From NCBI GenBank assembly GCA_046160105.1, contig JBJXGT010000004.1, positions 2,816-66,815 on the forward strand: a stretch of DNA of 64,000 bases, written 5' to 3'. Source of the stretch: Gemmatimonadales bacterium. GTDB lineage: Bacteria; Gemmatimonadota; Gemmatimonadetes; Gemmatimonadales; GWC2-71-9. The position numbers were made by a program, and so were the translations under genes. Shown piece after piece: positions 8,324 to 16,864 of this stretch; the first letter of the stretch is position 1, and the number at the start of each line of letters is the position of its first letter. Below the pieces are notes generated by a model. That model did no database searches, was not told the origin of the DNA, and saw nothing but the letters and a program-made list of their open reading frames with translations.

Positions 8324-8899
8324 ATGGGATCGTCAGCAGATCAGAACATCACGGCCACGCGGAAGCCCAAAGCGGCGATCAGGCAAGCGGCCATTGCGGG
8401 TAAGCGTCGAACGGCGGGTCGAAAGGCAGCGACGACGCGCCAACGTCGCGCACCCGGCACGAAGGCGGCGGCAGCCCACAGCACACCGTCGGTCGTTCCG
8501 ATGATCTCTTACGAGGACGGGATCACGGCCTTGGAATGGTTTCGCAGCGCGTTTGGGTTTCGGGAGACGGCCCGTTTTACAACGCCGGACGGGAGACTTT
8601 CACACGGCGAGATGGAGGCCGGTGACGGACTGATCATGCTCGCGTCTCCCACACCCGAGTACCGCAGTCCGAAACGCCATCGGGAGGCGTGCGAGCAGGC
8701 ACGCAAGTGGTCGGCGGTGCCCTGGATTATCGACGGCGTGCTCGTCTACGTGGACGACCTGGATCGGCACCTTGCGCGAGCGAAGGCAGCAGATGCGACG
8801 ATCCTCTCTGAGATTGAAGATGGGCCGCCTGGCCGACGATACCGGGCAGAAGATCTAGAAGGTCATCGCTGGTTCTTTTTCGAGAGGGACGAAGGTTGA
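8324..8899 (+). CDS. VOC (glyoxalase/bleomycin-resistance fold) family protein with basic Ala/Lys/Arg-rich N-terminal tail
   Basis: The C-terminal 130 or so residues (MISYEDGITALEWFRSAFGF...GRRYRAEDLEGHRWFFFE) are VOC-like. GAGGAG lies 7 nt upstream of the ATG at 8324. The alternative start at ATG 8501 would remove the basic tail. Confidence 0.7.
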   Translation: MGSSADQNITATRKPKAAIRQAAIAGKRRTAGRKAATTRQRRAPGTKAAAAHSTPSVVPMISYEDGITALEWFRSAFGFRETARFTTPDGRLSHGEMEAGDGLIMLASPTPEYRSPKRHREACEQARKWSAVPWIIDGVLVYVDDLDRHLARAKAADATILSEIEDGPPGRRYRAEDLEGHRWFFFERDEG

Positions 8900-8976
8900 C
8901 ACCGAAGGCTGGCTTGGCGACGGCAGTAGTTTATGGAGCGTGTCGGTTCCGGCGTGACGCCGTGGGCCCGTGCGAC

Positions 8977-9816
8977 ATGACGACTGGCTGGCCTGGCTTT
9001 CGCCTCGTGCAGCGCCTCGGAGCTGCTGCCGTCGCGATCAGCACCGTTGGCTGCTCGTCGCCAACCATGCCGGTGCTTCCAACGCCGACAGGACATTTCA
9101 TTGGACCAGCTTTTGCCGAGTCCGAGCCCCGGGGCCTCTTTTTCGCTCTCTCGCTCAGGCAGCCAACGGGAACGACGATATCGGGTACCGGGTGGATCCA
9201 CAGCGGAACGACCCCACCGGTCGTTCCCCTGCTGGTCTCCGGAACCTACGACGCCCTGAGGCTCGACCTGCAACTCGCTCGAACGAGCGGGATCCCATAC
9301 GCGACCTTCCAAGCCACCGTGACGGACAGTGGGCTACGTGGAGAGTGGGTCCACGCTCTTCTCGGACGATTCCCTGTCCACCTAGCACGAGTTGACACCA
9401 ACGCCGCCGGCACCTACCAGGCGATCCTCGGCGGCGCGATCACTGCGAATGTCCAGGAGGCCGCGGGGTTTGTCTTCGTGGGGCCACCCACCAGCGCCCC
9501 TGGGACGCTACTCTTGCTCGATTGGCCCGGGTTCAATGGTCATCTGCTGACGGTCCAATGGCCGGATTCCATCGCGGGAAGCAGAACATATACCGTCGCA
9601 CCAAATGGCGTGGTGGCCTTCATTCAGGTCTACGACAGCGCCGGTGGGTATCGCTCCTTTGGCCCCGCCCGTGGTACAATAACTGTAGATGTTGGCTCGG
9701 CGTATGCCATGATCGGGCGGCTCGCTCTGGAGGCCGCAGAGAGCGGCATCGGGGAAAAGATTACCCTCCAGGCCCGCTTCAGTGCAGGGTGCTTTGGCCG
9801 CTCGTGCCGTCCCTAG
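8977..9816 (+). CDS. hypothetical lipoprotein
   Basis: Signal/lipobox-like N-terminus (RLGAAAVAISTVGCSS). No family was recognised. GC3 is lower than in core genes. Confidence 0.6.
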   Translation: MTTGWPGFRLVQRLGAAAVAISTVGCSSPTMPVLPTPTGHFIGPAFAESEPRGLFFALSLRQPTGTTISGTGWIHSGTTPPVVPLLVSGTYDALRLDLQLARTSGIPYATFQATVTDSGLRGEWVHALLGRFPVHLARVDTNAAGTYQAILGGAITANVQEAAGFVFVGPPTSAPGTLLLLDWPGFNGHLLTVQWPDSIAGSRTYTVAPNGVVAFIQVYDSAGGYRSFGPARGTITVDVGSAYAMIGRLALEAAESGIGEKITLQARFSAGCFGRSCRP

Positions 9817-9904
9817 GCGTGACCGTCCAATCTAGTTTGGTTGCCCAAGGAGTGTCCGTGCAGCCGCTCGATGCCTGAACTTCGGCCGGTGCATACCAGG
9901 ATCC

Positions 9905-11044
9905 ATGTCCCTTCCGCGTATAGTCACCTTAATTGCGCTCGCCGGCGGCTTCACGGCGTGCCATTCACCGCAGCCGGCGATGACGCTCACCGAGTGGCGT
10001 TTCGTCACCGACCTCAAGGTCGGCGCCGGTGCCGACGATGCCGAAGGGCTCAGCCAGGTGAAGGGCCTGGTGGTAACCCAGCGCGGGCACATCTGGGTGC
10101 TCGAAGCGTCGACCCAGGACATTCGCGTGTTCGACTCCACCGGACAGCGGCTGCGGAGGATCGGTCGGAAGGGCCGTGGCCCCGGTGAGCTTCTATGGCC
10201 GGACGGAATGGCGCCCGGGCCCGACGGCACGATCTGGGTTCACGATCCCCAGAACGGGCGGTTCTCCCTGTTCAGCGAGTCAGGAGATTTCCTCAGACAG
10301 CAGATGGCGCCGGCTTCGGGATATGCCTGGGTGTGGACCGGCGGACTTGATCGGACCGGTCGCGTCTGGGACCAAGTGTTTGGCAACATCGAGGAGGGGT
10401 TGCCAGAGAGGCTTCGTCGAGCCCCCGCAGACTGGAGCCGCGTCGACACCCTCGAGCTTCCGAGCTGCCAGCCGCCGGGCTGGAAGCCGGAGGACGCCTA
10501 CTATTCGAAGCTGCTAGACGGCACCCGCGCTGCTCGGTACTCTGTGACTGTTCCCTTTTATCCGGTTCCGGTTCGAGCCTTCGAGTGGGCCACCGGTGCC
10601 GTGTGGTGTGCGCCGAGCGGCGCGGAGTACCGACTCATCAAGCTCGATATCGAGCGCCACGATACGTTGGCCCGGATCACGGCAAGCGCCCTGCCCGTAC
10701 CGGTCCCGCCGGCCGAGCGCGATTCGGCCGTCGCGGCCCTCCACAAGTTCCTCGCCAATATGGGAGAACCCGACGCCGACTGGACGCGGATCCCCTCCGT
10801 CAAGCCGGTGGTCGTGGGCGCGCTCGTCGATGATGCGAACCGCCTTTGGGTTCGGCGTGGCACCGTAGATACCGTCTCGCTGTTCGATATCTACTCGGGA
10901 GCCGGGCAGCCGCTTGCCACGGTGCGGATCCCGTTCGCGATCAGCTCGTGGGTGGCGCCCGTCGTTCGAGCCGACCGGGTCTGGGTCGTGGCCCTTGATC
11001 AGGACGGCGTACCCTTCATCGTCCGAGGGCGGTTCGGTCCGTGA
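9905..11044 (+). CDS. lipoprotein, NHL/6-bladed beta-propeller-like
   Basis: Lipobox ALAGGFTAC. It contains repeated segments of the type GRKGRGPGELLWPDGMAPGPDGTIWVHD, typical of NHL-like propeller blades. Confidence 0.6.
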   Translation: MSLPRIVTLIALAGGFTACHSPQPAMTLTEWRFVTDLKVGAGADDAEGLSQVKGLVVTQRGHIWVLEASTQDIRVFDSTGQRLRRIGRKGRGPGELLWPDGMAPGPDGTIWVHDPQNGRFSLFSESGDFLRQQMAPASGYAWVWTGGLDRTGRVWDQVFGNIEEGLPERLRRAPADWSRVDTLELPSCQPPGWKPEDAYYSKLLDGTRAARYSVTVPFYPVPVRAFEWATGAVWCAPSGAEYRLIKLDIERHDTLARITASALPVPVPPAERDSAVAALHKFLANMGEPDADWTRIPSVKPVVVGALVDDANRLWVRRGTVDTVSLFDIYSGAGQPLATVRIPFAISSWVAPVVRADRVWVVALDQDGVPFIVRGRFGP

Positions 11045-11084
11045 TCGAGCAAGCGCCTGAGCCTGTCGGGCTAGCCGCCAACCC

Positions 11085-11369
11085 TCAGGTCAGATCGTCG
11101 ATAACCGCATCAGCGGCGCCCTGCTGAATCCGTTCGATGGCGGCCAGGCAGCCGGCTTTCGAGGCGTAGGCCTCACCCTGCCCCATGATCTGGCCGTTGC
11201 CGGACTTGAGCCGCCAGCGGAAGCCGCGAGAAGCGCGATAGACCTCGAACCGCATCGGCCTGGCCTGAGGGTCATCGATCGCAGGGTGAGGCGCTCTGAC
11301 GCCGGCCCAGGGAATGGTGATGGCGGCGGCGAGGCGGCTGAGGGCGAGTCGGCGGGTGAGGTGTTCCAT
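11085..11369 (-). CDS. DUF1508 (YegP-like) domain protein with Tat-signal-like N-terminal extension
   Basis: The core MRFEVYRASRGFRWRLKSGNGQIMGQGEAYASKAGCLAAIERIQ matches the YegP/UPF0339 repeat. The N-terminus MEHLTRRLALSRLAAAITIPWAG has a twin-Arg plus hydrophobic stretch. GAGG lies 9 nt upstream of the ATG at 11369. An alternative start at 11255 would give the bare domain. Confidence 0.7.
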   Translation of the reverse strand: MEHLTRRLALSRLAAAITIPWAGVRAPHPAIDDPQARPMRFEVYRASRGFRWRLKSGNGQIMGQGEAYASKAGCLAAIERIQQGAADAVIDDLT

Positions 11370-11569
11370 GGTGAGCGCCTCGGTTTGCGGGTCGGAGCTT
11401 CGGCAAAGGTCCGACGCGGTGGACGTGGTGTCAACCCGCCCCGGCGCCGTACGGACCACAGCTTCGCTGGAGTCGTTGGCACCGAACTGGGGGCGAGCCA
11501 CGCCAGAAGCGGCCGCGTGCGACCGACCTTAGTTTTCCTCCGTCCCCCAGCGCCTTTCGCCGGAGCCAC

Positions 11570-14038
11570 ATGCCGAACGTACCCACCGTCCTCCTCGCTC
11601 TCGCCCTGGCCTCGCCGCTGGCCTTCGCCCAGACCTTTGCCGCCGACCGACCACCGACCGTCCGGATGAGCGGGTTCGGCGCCTCGCTGGTGATCCTCGG
11701 CGACGACATCGCCATCGGACGCTCGGAAGCCGGCCTCTGGGGCGCCACGGTGGCGTCCCCGCGCGGCGGCGGCGTCCACCTCTTCCGCCGAGGGGCCGAC
11801 GGCAATTGGTCCGAGCACGGCTCGATCGACCCGTCGGACCCGGCCCCCGGAAACGGGTTCGGCGCCAGCCTGGCCGCCGCGGGCGACCTGCTGGCCGTGG
11901 GTGCTCCATCGACGGGGACCGGCGCGGTCTATCTGTTCCGCCGAGCCGGGACCGCCTGGCGGCAGATCAGTAAGATCACCCTGGCCGACGGGGCCAAGAC
12001 CGATGGCTTTGGTCTCGTGCTCGCGCTGCAGCCCGACCTGTTGCTGATCGGCGCCCCAGCTCGGGACAGCGGCCGCGGCGCGGTCTACGCCGTTCGGCGA
12101 CGCGGCACCGAGTGGGCGGCCCCCGAGCTGGCCGGGGCGGGTATCGAGCCGAACGATCGGTTCGGATCCGCGCTGGCGCTCGACGGCAACCGGGTTCTGA
12201 TCGCCGCGCCCGGCCCCGATCCGGTCCGCGGCGGCGGCCCGAGAGACCGGCCCAAACCGGGGACCGCCACGGTGTACCGCATCGCTGGCGGCCGGCTCAT
12301 CGCTGAGAGCAGCCTCTCGCTTCCGGCCACGGACAGCGTCGTGGGCCTCGGCACGGCGGCCCTCCTCGCCGGAAACGAAGCCTTCCTCTCGGCGCCGACG
12401 GCCAATCGAGGCGCCGGCGTCGTCTACCGGTTCGGCCGCCAGGCCGACGGGTCGTGGCGGGCCGCGGATCGGTTGGCCGCGAACCTGATGCCTCCGGCAC
12501 CCGGACCTCTCCCCCGCCCCGCACCCGGCTCGCAGGGCATGGGCATGGCCATCATCAAAGCGGGCGGCCAACTCCTGGTCGGAGCGCCCTCGTTCTCGAG
12601 CTCGCGAGACGGCGCGGTGATCGCCTTCGGCACCATCGGAGCCGGATGGACCGAGACCCAGCGAATCACCGCCGAGTCGGGGGCCCGTAGCGGGTTCGGC
12701 CTGGCCCTCGCCGGCTCAGCCGCCATGGCGGTGATCGGGGCGCCAACCGGCGACTTTGGCCAAGGCCTGGCCTTCGTGCTGGGCCAGGAGGCCGGCCAGT
12801 GGAAGGTGTTAGGCAGACTGATCGACACGCCTCTCCTCCTCCCCACCATTACCGGTGGCACCGAGAAGACCTGCCAAGCGGGCACCGCGGAGGGTTACAG
12901 CTGCCAGGACGTCGACCTCCAGTCGTTCCTCCCGATCCACGCGATCGGCGGGAAGCGTGGCGTCGAGCTGAACGACATCTGGGGCTGGACCGACCCGCTC
13001 ACCGGCAAGGAATGGGCGTTGGTGGGACGGGTCGACGGGACCTCGTTCGTGGACGTGAGCGACCCCGTCAATCCTCGCTACGCGGCCAACCTGCCGATGA
13101 CCCCGGGATCGTGGCCGAACTCGTGGCGGGACATCAAGGTCTACCGGAACCACGCCTACATCGTGGCCGATCAAGTCGGGCAGCACGGGATGCAGGTGTT
13201 CGACCTGACTCGACTCCGGGAGTTCAACGCGGCGCCGGTGACGGTGGCGGCCGACACGGTCTACGACAAGATCGCGAGCGCCCACAACATCGTGATCAAC
13301 GAGGAGACCGGATTCGCCTACACGGTCGGCAACAGCGGTGGCGGCGAGACCTGCGGCGGCGGTCTCCACATCATCGACATCCGCGAACCGCGGGTGCCGA
13401 GGTTCGCCGGCTGCTGGGCCGACCGGTCCACCGGGATCACCCGAACCGGCTACACCCATGACGCGATGTGCGTGACCTACCACGGGCCCGACACCCGCTA
13501 CAGCAACCGCGAGATCTGTTTCAATGCCTCGGAGACCGCGGTCGGCATCGCGGATCTCTCCGACAAGTCGGGCCCCAAACGGATCGCGGTGGCCGAGTAT
13601 CCCAACACGGCGTACGCGCACCAGGGATGGTTGAGCAACGATCATCGGTACTTCTTCCTCGACGACGAGGGCGACGAGACCAGCGGGCTGGTCGCGAAGA
13701 CCCGGACGCTGATCTGGGACGTCTCGAAACTCGATGAACCGGTGTTGGTCAAGGAATTCCTCGGCACCACCTCGGCATCCGACCACAACCTCTACATCCG
13801 GGGCCGGTACATGTACCAGTCGAACTACCTGGCCGGGCTTCGGGTGGTGGACATCGCGGACCCGACCAATCCGCGGGAAGTGGGCTACCTCGACACCGTG
13901 CCGTGGGGAGAGAACGCCCCCGGGTTCGAAGGGTCGTGGAGCAACTATCCCTATTTCAAGAGTGGGACAATCGTCGTGTCGAGCATCGGGCAGGGACTGT
14001 TCGTCGTGAAGCATCGCGCGATGGCCCCCGTACCATAG
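11570..14038 (+). CDS. secreted protein: N-terminal FG-GAP-like repeats + C-terminal LVIVD-repeat / choice-of-anchor-B-like beta-propeller
   Basis: Signal peptide MPNVPTVLLALALASPLAFAQ. The N-terminal part has repeated GFGASL...GAP...G.GAVY units. The C-terminal part has GMQVFDLT, GLHIIDI and GLRVVDIADPTNP motifs typical of LVIVD repeats. Confidence 0.7.
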   Translation: MPNVPTVLLALALASPLAFAQTFAADRPPTVRMSGFGASLVILGDDIAIGRSEAGLWGATVASPRGGGVHLFRRGADGNWSEHGSIDPSDPAPGNGFGASLAAAGDLLAVGAPSTGTGAVYLFRRAGTAWRQISKITLADGAKTDGFGLVLALQPDLLLIGAPARDSGRGAVYAVRRRGTEWAAPELAGAGIEPNDRFGSALALDGNRVLIAAPGPDPVRGGGPRDRPKPGTATVYRIAGGRLIAESSLSLPATDSVVGLGTAALLAGNEAFLSAPTANRGAGVVYRFGRQADGSWRAADRLAANLMPPAPGPLPRPAPGSQGMGMAIIKAGGQLLVGAPSFSSSRDGAVIAFGTIGAGWTETQRITAESGARSGFGLALAGSAAMAVIGAPTGDFGQGLAFVLGQEAGQWKVLGRLIDTPLLLPTITGGTEKTCQAGTAEGYSCQDVDLQSFLPIHAIGGKRGVELNDIWGWTDPLTGKEWALVGRVDGTSFVDVSDPVNPRYAANLPMTPGSWPNSWRDIKVYRNHAYIVADQVGQHGMQVFDLTRLREFNAAPVTVAADTVYDKIASAHNIVINEETGFAYTVGNSGGGETCGGGLHIIDIREPRVPRFAGCWADRSTGITRTGYTHDAMCVTYHGPDTRYSNREICFNASETAVGIADLSDKSGPKRIAVAEYPNTAYAHQGWLSNDHRYFFLDDEGDETSGLVAKTRTLIWDVSKLDEPVLVKEFLGTTSASDHNLYIRGRYMYQSNYLAGLRVVDIADPTNPREVGYLDTVPWGENAPGFEGSWSNYPYFKSGTIVVSSIGQGLFVVKHRAMAPVP

Positions 14039-14047
14039 GAAGCTCGA

Positions 14048-14734
14048 ATGAATGACGACGCCGGGTTGGTTTCGGCAAAACGAATCGGCACCGGGCTGGC
14101 ATTCATCGTCTACCCCTTGGTGTTCATCTTCGCTTTTGGTAGCCACCCCGGCCTCCTGGCCCCTCGCCTGCTTGGGCCGGAGGAGATCATCCTGAGAGCC
14201 CGCGGCAACGACCTGCTGCAATTCGGGCACGCCCTGGTCACGGTGAACACGGCCCTCCTGGTGGTGACGGCGCTGCACCTCATGAAGGTGCTGGATCGCG
14301 GCTCATCCGCGTCAGCTGGCTTCGTTGGCGGGGCAGTGGCCGTGTTGGGCGCACTCATGCTCGCTGCAGACAAGGGCGCGTTGTGTCTGACCATGAGCGC
14401 CATCGACATGCTACCCGATCACCAGTTTGCTCAGACGATGCCGGGCTTGCTGGCCATGTTCGGCAAAGAAGGCTGGCTGGTGTTGTTGTGGGGTATTCTA
14501 CTCTTGCCGATTGGCTTCGGCATTCAGGCCATCGCCCTGCTCAAGACCAAGGCCCTTCCCCGCTGGCAGGGCCTCCTGTTCTTGATCGGAGCGCTGCTGA
14601 TCGGCACCCCTGATGGCGTGGAGATCGTCAATCTGACCGCCTCGATCCTGCTGGCGGTCGCCTTTGTCCCCTATGGGATCCAGATCATCCGTGGGGCGCC
14701 CCGGAACCCGGTCTCGCCGCCTATTCGCGCATGA
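14048..14734 (+). CDS. integral membrane protein (about 6 TM), unknown function
   Basis: 228 aa, hydrophobic helices throughout. No family was recognised. Confidence 0.6.
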   Translation: MNDDAGLVSAKRIGTGLAFIVYPLVFIFAFGSHPGLLAPRLLGPEEIILRARGNDLLQFGHALVTVNTALLVVTALHLMKVLDRGSSASAGFVGGAVAVLGALMLAADKGALCLTMSAIDMLPDHQFAQTMPGLLAMFGKEGWLVLLWGILLLPIGFGIQAIALLKTKALPRWQGLLFLIGALLIGTPDGVEIVNLTASILLAVAFVPYGIQIIRGAPRNPVSPPIRA

Positions 14735-14811
14735 AGTAGAGGAGTAGTACCCGCGGCCTCACCCGCCGAAGTCGGGACTTGTCATACTCGCAGCCCTCGT
14801 CCCGCCTCCCC

Positions 14812-14855
14812 TTGCATCCGCCCCTCCGTTGGCCTACATTGAACCACATGGTTCA
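14812..14855 (+). promoter_or_regulatory. candidate sigma-70-type promoter (TTGCAT-17-TACATT) and SmtB/ArsR-type operator TGAACCA-CA-TGGTTCA overlapping the arsR-like start codon
   Basis: TTGCAT at 14812-14817, a 17-nt spacer, and TACATT at 14835-14840. A perfect 7-2-7 inverted repeat spans 14840-14855 and covers the ATG at 14848. No Shine-Dalgarno sequence fits in between, which suggests a leaderless transcript. Confidence 0.4.
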
Positions 14856-15213
14856 GTTTCAACGAGCCGACCTGGATGGTTCGTTCGCCGCGCTCTCTGA
14901 CCCCACCCGACGCGGCATTCTGGAGCGGCTGGGGCATTCGGACGCTTCGATCACCGAGCTTGCCGAGAAGTTCCGGATGACCCTGACGGGAATGAAGAAG
15001 CACGTCGGTGTCTTGGAGCAGGTGGGGCTGGTCACCACGGAAAAGGCCGGGCGGGTGCGGACGTGCAAGCTCGGCTTGCGCCGGCTGGAGGAGGAGGCGG
15101 CATGGATCGAGAGGTACCGCCAGGTCTGGGACGCACGCTTCGACGAGTTGGACAGGGTCGTCGAGGAATTGAAACGGGAGAGAAGAGTCGATGGAAGAAA
15201 GAAAGGAACGTGA
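14848..15213 (+). CDS. ArsR/SmtB family transcriptional regulator
   Basis: FAALSDPTRRGILERLGHSDASITELAEKFRMTLTGMKKHVGVLEQVGLVTTEKAGRVRTC is a canonical ArsR wHTH. Confidence 0.88.
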   Translation: MVQFQRADLDGSFAALSDPTRRGILERLGHSDASITELAEKFRMTLTGMKKHVGVLEQVGLVTTEKAGRVRTCKLGLRRLEEEAAWIERYRQVWDARFDELDRVVEELKRERRVDGRKKGT

Positions 15214-15709
15214 GCCCGACCCCATGAAGAACCCCACGACGGTTGAACGAACCTCTGAGCGCGAGCTCGTGGTCACGCGCACCTTCAACGGCCCCGCGCA
15301 CCTCGTGTTCGAGGCCTGGACCAAGCCCGAGTTGTTCAAGCGGTGGTGGACGCCGCAATCGTTTGGAATATCCTTCGTTTCCTGCGAGATGGATGTTCGC
15401 ACGGGGGGCACGTACCGTCTCGTTTTCAGCCACCCGTCCTTCGAGCAGCCCATGGCGTTCTTCGGCAGGTATCTCGAAGTGACGCCCCACTCGCGCATCG
15501 TCTCGACGAACGAGGAGAGCGCCGATGGTCCCATTACCACCGTGACCTTCGAGGAAAAGGACGGCACGACGCTCCTGGTCCTGAGCGAACTCTATCCTTC
15601 CAAGCAGGCCCTCGACGACGCCATCGCCTCCGGCAGCACGGGCACGAGCGGAGCCGGCGAGCAGTTCGAGCTGTTGGACGAGCTTCTCGTCACCTTGGTG
15701 AGGCCATGA
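15191..15709 (+). CDS. SRPBCC/AHSA1 (Aha1-like) domain protein
   Basis: ELVVTRTFNGPAHLVFEAWTKPELFKRWW...MDVRTGGTYRLVF...TTVTFEEKDGTTLLV is typical of the Aha1/START-like fold commonly paired with ArsR. The start is ATG 15191 or ATG 15224. Confidence 0.8.
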   Translation: MEERKEREPDPMKNPTTVERTSERELVVTRTFNGPAHLVFEAWTKPELFKRWWTPQSFGISFVSCEMDVRTGGTYRLVFSHPSFEQPMAFFGRYLEVTPHSRIVSTNEESADGPITTVTFEEKDGTTLLVLSELYPSKQALDDAIASGSTGTSGAGEQFELLDELLVTLVRP

Positions 15710-16584
15710 GAACGCCCCGACCATTGCTGGTTCTCGTTGCCGCGGCCTTTGCCATGTCCGCGGACACGACGACTGCGGGAGGACAAGCCATGCGCACAGC
15801 AGAATCGAAGGGTCATGCCAAAGTGAGCGACGTCGAGATCTACTACGAGGTCCACGGTGACGGCCCACCCCTGATCTTGCTGCACGGGGGCGTCGATCCT
15901 TCGGAGATGTTCGGTGCGCCGCTGGCGGCAATGGCGAAGGCGCACAAGGTCGTCGCGCCACACGCCCGGGGCCACGGCTTGAGCAAGGACAGCAGCCGAC
16001 CCTGGTCGTACGAGGTCTTCGCCGACGACGTCGCCGCGTTGATGGGGCATCTCGGCATCAAAAAGGCCAGCGTGATGGGGTACTCGAGCGGCGCTCTCGT
16101 CGCGCTTCAGACCGCGATCCGCCATCCCCAACTCGTCGACAAATTGATCGTGATCTCGACCGCGTTTCGCTCTGACGGCCTCTACCCGGAGGTCCGCGAG
16201 GCCTTCGCGCAGATGCCCTCGGCGGCGGCGATGATCGCGGCCGACGTGAGCAAATCGCCGCTCGCAGCACTTTATCCGTCCGTGAACTGGGAAACGATGT
16301 TCAGAAAGACTGGTGAGCTCGCCAATCGAGGCCTCGATTGGTCGGCCTCCGTGGCCGCCATCAAGGCGCCGACTCTGCTCATCTTCGCGGATGCCGACAT
16401 GATGCGCCCTGAACACGTCGTGGAGTTCTACCAACTGTTGGGCGGCGGACAACGCGACGCCGGCCTCGACGGATCGCTGCGATCGCTACACCGCCTCGCG
16501 ATCATCCCGAACACAACGCATCGGACTCTGATCGGTTCTGCGGCTGTCACCCAATTCGCGTCGGCGTTTCTGAGATCTCAGTAG
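15706..16584 (+). CDS. alpha/beta hydrolase (signal peptide-bearing)
   Basis: The ATG at 15706 overlaps the previous stop (ATGA). Motifs include MRTPRPLLVLVAAAFAMSA, PLILLHGG, a GYSSGA nucleophile elbow and NTTHRTL. Confidence 0.82.
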   Translation: MRTPRPLLVLVAAAFAMSADTTTAGGQAMRTAESKGHAKVSDVEIYYEVHGDGPPLILLHGGVDPSEMFGAPLAAMAKAHKVVAPHARGHGLSKDSSRPWSYEVFADDVAALMGHLGIKKASVMGYSSGALVALQTAIRHPQLVDKLIVISTAFRSDGLYPEVREAFAQMPSAAAMIAADVSKSPLAALYPSVNWETMFRKTGELANRGLDWSASVAAIKAPTLLIFADADMMRPEHVVEFYQLLGGGQRDAGLDGSLRSLHRLAIIPNTTHRTLIGSAAVTQFASAFLRSQ

Positions 16585-16595
16585 CACGACGTTGA

Positions 16596-16757
16596 TCCGC
16601 AACTGCCGTCGCCGACCTGGCCGGGGACGGCGGTATGTACCAGGGCCTCTGGGGCTTCGAGATCACCGATGCCGACGGATATGTCCTTGCCTTCTTTCGA
16701 GTCGGCAACGAGGAGGGCGATGACCCGATCAGGGCCGTGGATCCAGTTGATTTCTAG
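16596..16757 (+). pseudogene. C-terminal relic of a VOC/glyoxalase-family gene
   Basis: A short frame not listed in the ORF track reads SATAVADLAGDGGMYQGLWGFEITDADGYVLAFFRVGNEEGDDPIRAVDPVDF*. The GFEITDADGYVLAFF part mirrors the C-terminal strand of the intact VOC at 19513..19911 (GFEVKDVDGYVLFFG). No N-terminal half is present. Confidence 0.45.
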
Positions 16758-16864
16758 TCGCACCCGGAGCCCGTTGAAAGTAGATTTGAGGTCAGTGGAG
16801 CGCCGAGAGCGCGGGCGGCGGGGACGGCCGGGCACCTGTCATCCCGCAGAACTGTGGTGTCGAC

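Noticed and set aside
11090-14278. Long antisense ORFs (11090..12571 at 493 aa, and 12809..14278 at 489 aa) opposite the FG-GAP/LVIVD gene. Similar shadow ORFs occur elsewhere, for example 30153..32150, 38330..40228, 60891..62618, 22835..24343 and 55275..56426.
   Set aside because: These are typical high-GC shadow frames. They are Arg/Pro/Gly-rich with low complexity and no recognisable motifs, and each is fully overlapped by a gene with strong family signatures on the other strand or in another frame.
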